In this document: in pieces, positions 53,879-64,000 of the stretch | How the letters are laid out: each line of letters begins with the position of its first letter | Numbering within the stretch: position 1 is the stretch's first letter | Source of the DNA: Octopus sinensis | Lineage: Eukaryota | DNA: 64,000 nucleotides | Direction: 5' to 3' | Assembly (NCBI RefSeq): GCF_006345805.1 | Contig: NC_043014.1 | Span: 52,700,001 to 52,764,000 of the forward strand | The notes under the pieces: generated by a model | Told to the model about the DNA's origin: nothing | The model's input: only the letters and a program-made list of their open reading frames with translations | The model's database searches: none | Program-made: the position numbers and the translations under genes

Positions 53879-56053
53879 CTAAGATAGACTGCAAAGAAAA
53901 TTAAAAATATTCACAATGTCATCTCTGTGTCCACTTTGGCATTTCAACTGAGGAAAACTTTCTAAATGTTTTGGAATTTCTATATCTTCATGGTTCCTGA
54001 TCATAAAAATTTGACCAATGTTAGGTTGTCGATCTTCCATGATTTGTTTGGCATATTCAGTGTGGGTTAAAAACTCTGGTGATATAGTCTTTGAATGTTC
54101 TAAATAAATTCCAATATTGCAACTGTTTTCTAATATGGTACGAAGGTTTACAGTTTTATATTTTCCCAATATATAGTCACGATTACCAAATGTAACTTTT
54201 AACCCAAAGTATTTGTCTAGATTCATTCCAATGTTTTCAGCCAGTTCTTCAGAGTTTGGGGATGTTAAAATATAGATATCATAATGAAAGTTAGTTACGA
54301 TGTCATTCTTTGAACATGCTAACCCCGTTTTAGCATTGGTTTCAGAGCCAAATCCAAAACAAAGCTCATAACATTTTCTGAAGAACTCTTTGCTACAGTC
54401 AGGTTCTGTTTCTGTGAAATGCTTTCCTAAATTTACATAAATTTGTTTCATTAGCTTTACATCAACTTCATGGGGCTTAACTTCTGAAAACCTAAGACAA
54501 AGAAAAGCTTTAAAATATTGCTTATTTTTACAAAGTTTTCGTAACTTTCGTGATAATTCACTTTTATCACAATCCACGAGAAGTTTATTATAAAGTTCTT
54601 TATTATCACGGAGTTCCTCTACTGACTCAATTAATTCCAACAGTTTTTCATTATACTCAATATACCCATGCTCATACACATCAGTCATAATATCCTTTAT
54701 TCCCCAAATGTCTTTCAGCTTCTTCTGGAAAGGAAGAAATTCTATAGCAGATTTAATAGCAAGGAAGAACCTATCTGTTCCATCGTCTCTAAATTCTCGT
54801 TTCAACTCTTCATCATTTTCTTCTTCTGCTAGTATGAAATATAATCTTCCATACAAAATGTGAAAACTAACGTCTTGTATTTTAATATTTGTTTTAAATT
54901 GTTCACAACACTCCTGGGCATTTTCGTATTCTTTCAAAGCCAAATATAACAAAATCAAATCGTAGAGAACAGCTGCATTTTCTGGAGAAAGTTTAAGAGC
55001 TTCTTTAAAGTGATATTCTATTTTGCCAATGAATTCATTCCTTTCCAATTCAGGAATAGTTCTAGGATATTTAATAAGTTTTCCAAGTATATTTTCTTTC
55101 AGAGAAAACTTCTTCTTTGCAGTGAAATATGTGAATCCTGGAATATGTATTTTTAGATAAGTTATTCCAAGATGATGATGAGAAAATGCTGTTGCATTTA
55201 TTTCGATTGCTTTTACAAACAATTCTTTTGCTTTATCAAACTTATATAAAGTCTTATAAAAGTTAGCACACTTTTCCAAAACAAAACGGTCATCAGGGGC
55301 AAAATGAAGAGCTCTTTGAACATATTTTTCACTGAATTCCTGATTCTTCAGAATATTACATTTCCTTGAAGGTTCCAATTTAAACAAAGCTAATAATGCT
55401 AACGTTTGCCCCATTAGGATCTTGTCAATACAGCGAGGAAAAGCACATCGTATTTTCTCTAAGTACTGTACTGCCTCTGTACTAATTTTGCGTTTTTTTT
55501 CTTCATCAGAGATCTTTCTTAAACAACGATACTGTAACAAAGCTACACCAAATAGACATGAATAATTGCCCGGACAAACACTGGAAGCCTCTTTGTAAAG
55601 TTTGATAGCCCTCTCATAATCATTGAATGATATTCTTCTTAAACAATAAGCAACATTCATTTTACCTTCTGCTTCTATCTGTTGGAAATCTTCTCTTTTT
55701 TCAAGATTGTTAAGATAAACCATAACCTCTTTTAACTTATTTATATTTTCATTGTACAGATGAATGAATGCAAGATTGGTTAATGCTAAGAGGTTGTCTG
55801 GATTAGTTTCTCGAACTTCATTGGCTAATCTTTCAGCTTCAATATTCTTATTTAGCTCCCACTGAATAAACACCAAGGTATTCTTGTGGTGAATCTCATC
55901 TTCTAAACCAGACACAGTATCATTACTTAATGAATTTTCCAGTTTTTTGTAAAGAGACAACCAATGATCTTTGGTGTAGTGAAAATATTCTCCCATTAAA
56001 TTCGGAAATCTCTGAATTTTTTCTCTGTACAATTCTCTTCTGCTTTCGTCATC
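53879..56053 (-). CDS. Copy C exon 2 (724 aa + stop): IFIT-like TPR plus TIR-like domain (~53879-54289)
   Basis: Open ORF with 28 aa differences from copy B by hand count; acceptor ttttctttcag|GAT at 56054/56053. Confidence 0.9.
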   Translation of the reverse strand, partial: DDESRRELYREKIQRFPNLMGEYFHYTKDHWLSLYKKLENSLSNDTVSGLEDEIHHKNTLVFIQWELNKNIEAERLANEVRETNPDNLLALTNLAFIHLYNENINKLKEVMVYLNNLEKREDFQQIEAEGKMNVAYCLRRISFNDYERAIKLYKEASSVCPGNYSCLFGVALLQYRCLRKISDEEKKRKISTEAVQYLEKIRCAFPRCIDKILMGQTLALLALFKLEPSRKCNILKNQEFSEKYVQRALHFAPDDRFVLEKCANFYKTLYKFDKAKELFVKAIEINATAFSHHHLGITYLKIHIPGFTYFTAKKKFSLKENILGKLIKYPRTIPELERNEFIGKIEYHFKEALKLSPENAAVLYDLILLYLALKEYENAQECCEQFKTNIKIQDVSFHILYGRLYFILAEEENDEELKREFRDDGTDRFFLAIKSAIEFLPFQKKLKDIWGIKDIMTDVYEHGYIEYNEKLLELIESVEELRDNKELYNKLLVDCDKSELSRKLRKLCKNKQYFKAFLCLRFSEVKPHEVDVKLMKQIYVNLGKHFTETEPDCSKEFFRKCYELCFGFGSETNAKTGLACSKNDIVTNFHYDIYILTSPNSEELAENIGMNLDKYFGLKVTFGNRDYILGKYKTVNLRTILENSCNIGIYLEHSKTISPEFLTHTEYAKQIMEDRQPNIGQIFMIRNHEDIEIPKHLESFPQLKCQSGHRDDIVNIFNFLCSLS

Positions 56054-57810
56054 CTGAAAGAAAAACAAAATAGTGAATATGTATAAAATGTGTATTAAAA
56101 AAAGCATCACCATTATCGTTGGCAAGATTCCAGGTTACTGAGACAAGGCTAAACCCTCCAAGTTAGATAAGGCTGATGCAGTGGAAGTTCATTTGGGGTT
56201 CCAGAGTTTGATGCCTTTCAAAAAAAATACTGTCACCAGAAATGGAATTCCAGATGATAGCAGTTTTGTGGAAGAAGGATTGGTTTAGTACTCACTAACG
56301 TCTGTGTGTGTGCATGCATGATTGCTACATGGCTCTGTATGTATGTAGGTCAGGGGGTCATTGAGTAGCGGAGTCTTGTAGAGGGTCAGCAACTATTACC
56401 ATCATTTTTCATCAAACTGATGCAACACTAGAAATACTTTCAATGAGATTCCAGAAAACCTTCTCTCATGTTTAAGAGACATGTTTTCTTTTTGGTCTTT
56501 CATCCAAAAATGTTATAGCTCCTCTCCCTTCTCCTCTTGCCATTCCTCATTACACTCTTGTTTTCAGTTTTCATATAATTCAAGGCTCTCTCTATACTAC
56601 TACTACTACTACTGCCACCACCACTGAGACCTCTACTCTTCCATGCTTGTTATTTCTATCCATGCCCACCTGACTTACACATGTCTCCCCCTCCTCCTCC
56701 TCCTCACTTCGTCATACTCTCTCTCTATATATATCTAAGTCCTACACTGACTATGCCCAGCCTCCCTCCCTCTCTAGAACATCAATCCTCTAGACCAGGA
56801 GTTCTCAACCATATTTTATGTATGGACCCCTTTCATTACTATTCTATTCTGGTGGAGCCTCATAGCCATTCGATGTTTAGAATTATAGAAACTTCTTTCA
56901 AAATTCCTATTTTGGTTTTCACATAAACTTGTGTAAGTGGAACTATGTAAAATGTTAGAGAAAGAAACTTATCTATTTCTTACAATACATACCAATCTAT
57001 ACATCAAAATCAAAATTTTTTCAGGGGTCCTTAAAATATTATTGTGAATTCCAAATTTACTATTTTATTATGTGGACACCCCCCCCCCCAAATTCTTCTA
57101 TGGACTCTCAGGGACCACATGGACCCCAGTTGAGAAGCACTACTCTAGACCATCATACAAAATCTTTACTTAGAAAGCATAGCCCCAGTCAAAGAGTCTG
57201 CCAAAGCAATGGATTAAACATAATTAGAACGAATATGAAGGATTCTCCCTGAAATTATTTTATGATCCTTCAGATTAACCATCAGTTTTTTTAGTTTCTT
57301 CAAATGTCCACCAGGAAATAGATATCTGACCAAAAACATTGTATAGAAATGTAATGTTAAAACTAATCTACACACTTATGTAGATACCACTTCTTCCAAC
57401 TTTAAATTGTAATCGTCTTCATACATTTAGAAAGTGGGAATAAAACGATAACAACTCCCACAAAAGTCTGGGAGTTAAATGCTAAACCTTTTGTCAGTGA
57501 TAGACATGACTGCAATCTTTACTGTTTGGAAATGTGGGAAATCTTAAAATCATTTAAATTAAAATCTAGTCTAGATTGGCTGCATTAAGAATCAAATGCC
57601 TACGTTTTATCTTTATAATTTCCTTATACTTTAAACCAGTTCTATAAACCAGTTTTGAGCACTATGTACATATCTATAACACTACAATATAGACTTTAAT
57701 TAATATTAATAAGATTCATGGATTATATTCAAGTAGTCAAGCATATTTTAATACTGGCAGTGTTTCTACGGCTGGATGCCCTTCCTAACACCAACCACTC
57801 CGTGAGTGTA

Positions 57811-57846
<36 letters not shown>

Positions 57847-58340
57847 CCCTCTAAAGAAACTGTCCAACATTTGAGTCGGTGTTTGAGGTATAAGGACACA
57901 GCTGTGTGCCGGAAGCCAGCTGAAAAACATGTTTTCCGGGGGATAAAAAAAGGTAGTAATATTGTGCTAATTGGGACTGCCAATTTACAAATAGATTTTA
58001 CTCCCTCCCTCTTTCTCTCTCTCTCTCTCTCTCCTTCTCTCTCTCTCTCTTTCTCTATATATATATATATCAATATGGAACAAATAATTCCCCAGGAATT
58101 TTCACACTGGTGACTGCCATGATTCGGTGCAAAACAAATCATGATGGGTTGGGGCTCTATATCATGGTAACGTATGCTGAGGAAGGTGAGACTATAATGC
58201 CAGTCTAGAAACCAGTCCATGTGAGTTCAAATACTTGAATGCATGCTGAGATTGTCTTAGCCCGTTTGCCTTTGGATGGTTGATTTCTGTAGTTGTTATC
58301 AGCAGGTAGACATACTTAGTATGTCCTTTGATTAATTTTA

Positions 58341-58385
<45 letters not shown>

Positions 58386-59783
58386 TACAAATATGGAGAT
58401 AAAGATTTTCAAGCACAGAATAATGCATGAAAAGTATCGTATCCTTATATTGCAGAAAAATTTGTCAGCAGCCAGCCATGAGACTTGAACACTCATCTCT
58501 GTGATTACCAGTCAAGCACTTTATCTTTAAGCTAAGATGCCCAGTGACAAATTTTTCTGCAATTTTTAAACTTATAAACTTAGCTTTTTCATAGACGCTG
58601 CATGTGAAATTCAGATTACATTATATGTAAACAAAGTTTGCTTTATTGGAAGTGTTGAGATGTATTGAGACAGACACATATGGAGAGAAATATTTTCAAG
58701 TGCAGAATAAAGCATGAACAGTGTTAATAGCATAATATCGCTGTTCAAGCATTATTCTTAAAGGTAAAGCAAATAACTTTCACCCCTCTCTGTTCCCTTA
58801 ATATAAAACTAACATTGGTTAAGGATTCCTATCATTCCTAGACAAACACTTTTCAGCCACTCACAGATACAGGAAAATATTTAATAGGCTTTCTGAGAAA
58901 TTATCATATAGCCCCAACTGCAACTGTCACGACCCAGGATCCTCTCCACTTAACCAACGCTGTGCGACTAAACCTATCTTATATGAGGCAGAAGTTTCTG
59001 CAACCCGAAACAATAATACAACTGATGAGAAGACGTCTACTGGATTATGTGAAAGAATTTAGAAATCACTCATGCCAGTCATATAGCCTCCTCCTCCTCC
59101 TGACATAGGGACAAAATGAAAACTACAAAGTTCGCTAGCTACGTATGGACTTTGAAAGATATTGAAACACTTCATGTGATTAAATGGAAAGTAATCCATA
59201 CTTGATGTGAAGGGATCGAATGAATGTAGACTTTGTTTGGCTGAAAGAGCACAGATCCTGTTCTGATCTAAGATCCTAACTCTCTATTGAACTCCAGGTC
59301 AGGAATTTTCACTGCTTGCATGCATATGTATAAATACATTTTAAAGAATTGGAAAATTCTGCCTATTCCTGACCGACTTGATATCTTTCCAGCCTTATCC
59401 TTTAAGGTCAAAGGAGGAGGTTTGCTCTTTTACCTTTTTACTTTTTATTTTGGACATTTTAGTTTCAGTTTTTCTCTTTTCCTTTTTCTCTCGTTTACTG
59501 TCTGTGTTTTCTATAAGCTGCCTTCTCAGTTTATTTTGCATTTCTTCTATCATTCAATTTCTTTAGTTCGTTTGTGCCTGAAGGATATGTTTGAGTTCTC
59601 TCCACATATGAAACTATTAGTAGGGTTTTAATGCATCTATTGTGACCTTTAAATAAATAATATTTATCTCTCACCAGATGAAGTACTTTTTTTGTTGAAT
59701 TTTCTTCACGGATCAGTACATTATATATATATACATATATATATAAACACATATATAATTACAACAAATATATTACATCTTGG

Positions 59784-59852
59784 ACACAGAGTTACCCAAG
59801 GTTTCGTATCCACAAAGGAAAGCATTGTGGACAGCTCCTCAGATTCTATATA
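59784..59852 (-). ncRNA. Type I hammerhead ribozyme with intact core (Penelope pseudo-LTR), copy C only
   Basis: Minus strand: tatatagaat CTGAGGA gctgTCCACAA-N9-TTGTGGAtac GAA ACC ttg GGT A actctgtgt. Helix I has one A.C mismatch and G-U pairs. Confidence 0.65.
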
Positions 59853-60699
59853 AATACAAAATTTAAAATATCTACGTCACAGACATGACTAACCACTCAG
59901 ACCTTGAGGAATATAGCTTAACCCATCTTCAATAACGTTTTTTGTTACTCCCCTGAATCAGAGGGCAAAATAAACCCTTATAGACCCAACGAGTCCTGAC
60001 TAGGAAATGGAGAGATCCAATTTTCCAGTAAGCAGCACTTGAAGTGGATGCATTTAGAAAACACTTCTTTACAGCTAGTTAATGTGCCAGGTTTCTTATA
60101 GTCCTTAAGAATTTTGGCTCTCTCTGCAACGACCACTTCCATTAATATACAGGCCCCAGATGATTGATTAATTTCCACCTGATGTCACATGGCGTCCCTT
60201 GTTCTTTGAGGTGCCAATGACATGACAAGCCGTCTTTCTGGGACTATGATGGCTGACTGGTGGTTAAGAAAACATTGCTTGAACAAAGTACTAGCAGAAC
60301 CAATATATTTACACACATGGGGTGTAGTACTATTCACACCCTTGGTAATATATGGCATGGGTCTGGTCATCCCATCAGTGTCAAAGATAAATATTTGGTC
60401 ATCTTCTGAGGTGGCAAAACTGGGAAAGGGGGATACCTCCTCCAAGCTGCTGGTCCTGAATAGGTCATTATTTCTAGGTGTGGTGTTTGTACTGGTGGTA
60501 ACATACATTGTGGGCCTCGAGTTCTGAGCGTTTTCTCACGTCTGCGACATAGATATTTTAAATTTTGTATTTATGTAGAGTCTGACGAGCTGTCCACAAG
60601 GCTTTGCTTTGTGGATGCAAAACCTTGCGTAAGTCTATGTCCAAGATATAACATTTCTGCTGTAACAATTACTGCTCTATTCTTTAAAGTGTGCTTCTT

Positions 60700-60761
<62 letters not shown>

Positions 60762-61050
60762 TAACTATATAATCAATAAAAACATATATCAGAAAAGAAG
60801 CACATTCTAAAGAATGGAGCAGTAATTATGACGACAAATATTTTAATTTTAGACAAAGAGTTACCAAAGGCTGCTTATCCACAAAGCCAAAGCCTTGTGG
60901 ACAGCTCATCAGACTAGACAAAGGCAAAAAACATTTAACTTTCTACGTGGCGGACGTTAAGGAAAAGCTCAGAAATCGAGATTTAAGTCTTAACATCTCA
61001 AAATGGTAATGAGGAAGGGTTGTCTCCCCTGAAGCAGAGGATTAAAAACA

Positions 61051-61790
61051 CCCTTACAGACCCGGAAGAGCCCTTAAAGACCCGAAAACGCCCTTACAGA
61101 CCCGAAAACACCCTTACAGACCCGGAAAAGCCCTTACAGATCCGAAAACACCCTTACAGACCCGGAAAAGCCCTTACAGACCCGAAAACACCCTTACAGA
61201 CCCGGAAAAGCCCTTACAGACCCGAAAACACCCTTACAGACCCGGAAAAGCCCTTACAGACACGAAAACACCCTTACAGACCCGGAAAAGCCCTTACAGA
61301 CCCGAAAACACCCTTACAGACCCGAAAACACCCTTACAGACCCGGAAAAGCCCTTACAGACAAGGAAAAGCCCTTACAGACACGAAAACACCCTTACAGA
61401 CAAGGAAAAGCCCTTACAGACCCGAAAATACCCTTACAGACCCGGAAAAGCCCTTACAGACCCGAAAACACCCTTACAGACCCGGAAAAGCCCTTACAGA
61501 CCCGAAAACACCCTTACACACCCGAAAACACCCTTACACACCCGGAAAAGCCCTTACAGACCCGAAAACACCCTTACAGACCCGAAAACACCCTTACAGA
61601 CCCGGAAAAGCCCTTACAGATCCGAAAACACCCTTACAGACCCGGAAAAGCCCTTACAGGCCCGAAAACAACCTTACAGACAGGGAAAAGCCCTTACAGA
61701 ACCGAAAACACCCTTACAGACCCGAAAACACCCTTACAGACCCGGAAAAGCCCTTACAGACCCGAAAACACCCTTACAGACCCGAAAAGG
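61051..61790. repeat. 20-bp minisatellite, 37 units (copy C intron)
   Basis: Exact 20-nt register maintained over 740 bp. Confidence 0.97.
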
Positions 61791-62483
61791 CCCTATTAGA
61801 CAAACGGGAGATCTAATTTTCCAGTTGTTTACACTTGAAGTGGACACATTTAAAGAAAACTTGTTCTAAATAAATGTGTGTAAAGTGGATGGATTCTCTT
61901 CTCTTCCTTGTTGTTGACTTTGCTTTTGTCAAGTGTCAGATATTTTTTCGTCTTCCTCGGCAATTCTAATGAGAATTTTATGACCAGCTCCGATAGTAAA
62001 CTTTCGGGAACTTTATTCATTCATGTTTGTTTTTTCTTGGTTAAAGTCAGTTAGGTGCAGTTGTTTCCTTCTTGGGGAGTTTCTGTCTACTAATTACTTC
62101 GATAATCTCAACAGACCAAAGGTTTCGTGCGTTCGAATGCGCAAAGGATGTGGATTGGTTATTTTGACATTTCAAACTTTTCTATGGCACTAATCCTGTT
62201 AGAAACACACGATTATTTCTTCCCACATACTTACACGCACCACATGTCTAGACATGCAAGTGTTATGCACAAAGATGCATACAAATGCCAAATCGGCACA
62301 ATTTCCAGGTAGAATATTTTATCTGTCATTGCTTCGCAGCTGTTTTGATGGCGTGTTTTATGTGTTTCTTTCTTGTTTTCATCTGCCACGCACACTTTGA
62401 TATCCAAGACCGACTTTCATTCTGTTCACAGCTTCCGTCACCGACACACACACACACACACAGTCATTCACACACGTACACAG

Positions 62484-62546
<63 letters not shown>

Positions 62547-62747
62547 AATCTGTTTTATGCTTTATATGTTTTTGTTAGTATTGTTATATTTAAAGAATTA
62601 TTGAAATAAACTTGTTATACATACATATCTATACACACATACATAGCTGCCTACTTACATACATACACACGTACATATACATACCTACACACTAAACAAC
62701 ACAGAGTTAATATTTGTTCATGTTTGTAAATATGTTGATATACTTAC

Positions 62748-62798
62748 AAGTAGAATTCCATCCAATTTTTCAATAATTTCCTCGATTTCTTCAGCCAT
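62748..62798 (-). CDS. Copy C first coding exon, MAEEIEEIIEKLDGILL
   Basis: ATG at 62798-62796, GTAAGT donor at 62747-62742, phase 0. Confidence 0.75.
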
Positions 62799-63148
62799 TT
62801 TCTGTCTCTCTCTTTTTTTATCCTTTAAAGCAAATTTATAAAACTAAACAAAATAGTTTTCTTTCCTTGTTGTCGACTTTTTTTCTGGTATATTTTGCCA
62901 AAAAGAAAATGTAAATTTCTATAAATGATATATTATATATAAAAATGTTCAATGCAGTTGAATGTGTCCGATCAACAAATATTTTCTAACAACACAGTGA
63001 GTGTCTCTTCCCAGAAACGAAACCCGATTGCAATATTGGATACTGTGAACGGATTCGAAAAATATAGTTGGACTGAAGAAGTGAGACAACTGAAGAATTA
63101 GTAAAAACTGTTTTAACGAAACTTAGAGAATGGCAGAAGTAAACGATG

Positions 63149-63194
63149 TGAAAGTGTGAAAGTGAAAGTTTTGTAGAAAAGAAAATCACTTCCG
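63149..63194. promoter_or_regulatory. ISRE/IRF-E-like plus ETS-like motifs upstream of copy C
   Basis: GAAAGTGAAAGT at 63158-63169; CACTTCCG at 63187-63194. Confidence 0.55.
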
Positions 63195-64000
63195 CAAAAA
63201 ACAATCCGGATATCAAATGGCTAAGAGTCACTAAAATGAAATTCAAGATTCAAAATAAAACAGAAGTTCTTACAACAAGCATTAAGTATATTAAAACAAA
63301 TTTATTTCTTTGGTTTTACTTAAATTTTAAATAAACACAATTTGACCCGTACGAGGATATAGTAACTGGAATAAACCATTTCGTTCAGCGCCCGACCTGT
63401 CAGGTGAAATATTTAGACATGAAACAGCACAGATACTATACCTGTAAGTCAGGTAGGGTAGCATAGTTTAGGCTCAACTGAAGTCCGAATACTAAGGCAG
63501 CAGCTTAACACTACCGTCTCGTACCTGGCTGCATGGCATTTATTGTGGTCAGGCCTCACTACGGTTGCAGGTGTAACATTCTAGTTTAACGGTAAGCACT
63601 TTGATCATAAATGCATGTAATGTAGACAGGTTTTAATAAATTTGTACTTTTCTCATAACACACACACACTCACACACACACACACACACATTCATGTTTG
63701 TATATTGCTTTCTTTGAGTCTAATTTAAGTTCTTGAAAAAGTGCCGGTTGCTAACAAAGCAACAAGTGCGTGTGTGTATGTGAGAATAGGGCGAGTATGT
63801 GACTAAGAATGTGTGAGGCTAACGTGTGTGTTGTGTGTAGCAATTGATGTGTGCTTGTTCAGGTGGTGTGTCTACGTGCTTGCGTGTGTGTGTGTATCTG
63901 TGGTCAAATGGTGTGCATGTATATTGCATGTATATTGTATGTTTGTGGATGAAAATGATGTGTCTATGCACGTGTGTATTTTATTGTCTGTGTTCAGATA

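Larger units (their letters stand above)
27505..54326. repeat. Tandem duplication unit 2
   Basis: Colinear with unit 1 apart from indels and microsatellite lengths. Confidence 0.95.
54327..63710. repeat. Partial third unit; homology ends at about 63710
   Basis: Matches 1-12780 with two large deletions or absences; sequence after tatattgctt (63710) has no counterpart in units 1 or 2. Confidence 0.9.

Noticed and set aside
61051-61790. Possible CRISPR array
   Set aside because: Head-to-tail repeats with no unique spacers, in a eukaryotic context.
61020-61799. 259-aa repetitive basic ORF
   Set aside because: By-product of a stop-free 20-bp minisatellite; much shorter or absent in the sister copies, TTG start, and antisense within an intron.

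Overview
AT-rich eukaryotic DNA with many (TA)n/(CA)n tracts, Penelope, RTE, R4-like, CRE and CR1 retroelement debris, and mariners. The repeat content suggests an octopus or other cephalopod (inference). The window holds about 2.3 copies of a ~27 kb tandem unit (offsets ~27.5 kb and ~26.8 kb). Each copy carries one minus-strand gene: A (<1-11887), B (27057-39486) and C (53879-62798). The 748-aa track ORFs are mis-started in intron sequence. My model is a 51-nt first coding exon (MAEEIEEIIEK[L/F]DGILL|GTAAGT) spliced in phase across a 6.7-10.2 kb intron to a 2175-nt exon, giving 741 aa. The protein reads as an IFIT/TTC22-like TPR solenoid fused to a C-terminal TIR-like domain, with ISRE/IRF-like and ETS motifs about 360-400 nt upstream of the ATG. 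The TPR-coding part differs about 5-fold more between copies than adjacent non-coding DNA, while the TIR part is nearly invariant. Penelope-type hammerhead ribozymes occur in the unit, and the two with intact sense-strand cores are each deleted in sister copies. All alignments and counts were done by eye; no searches were run.
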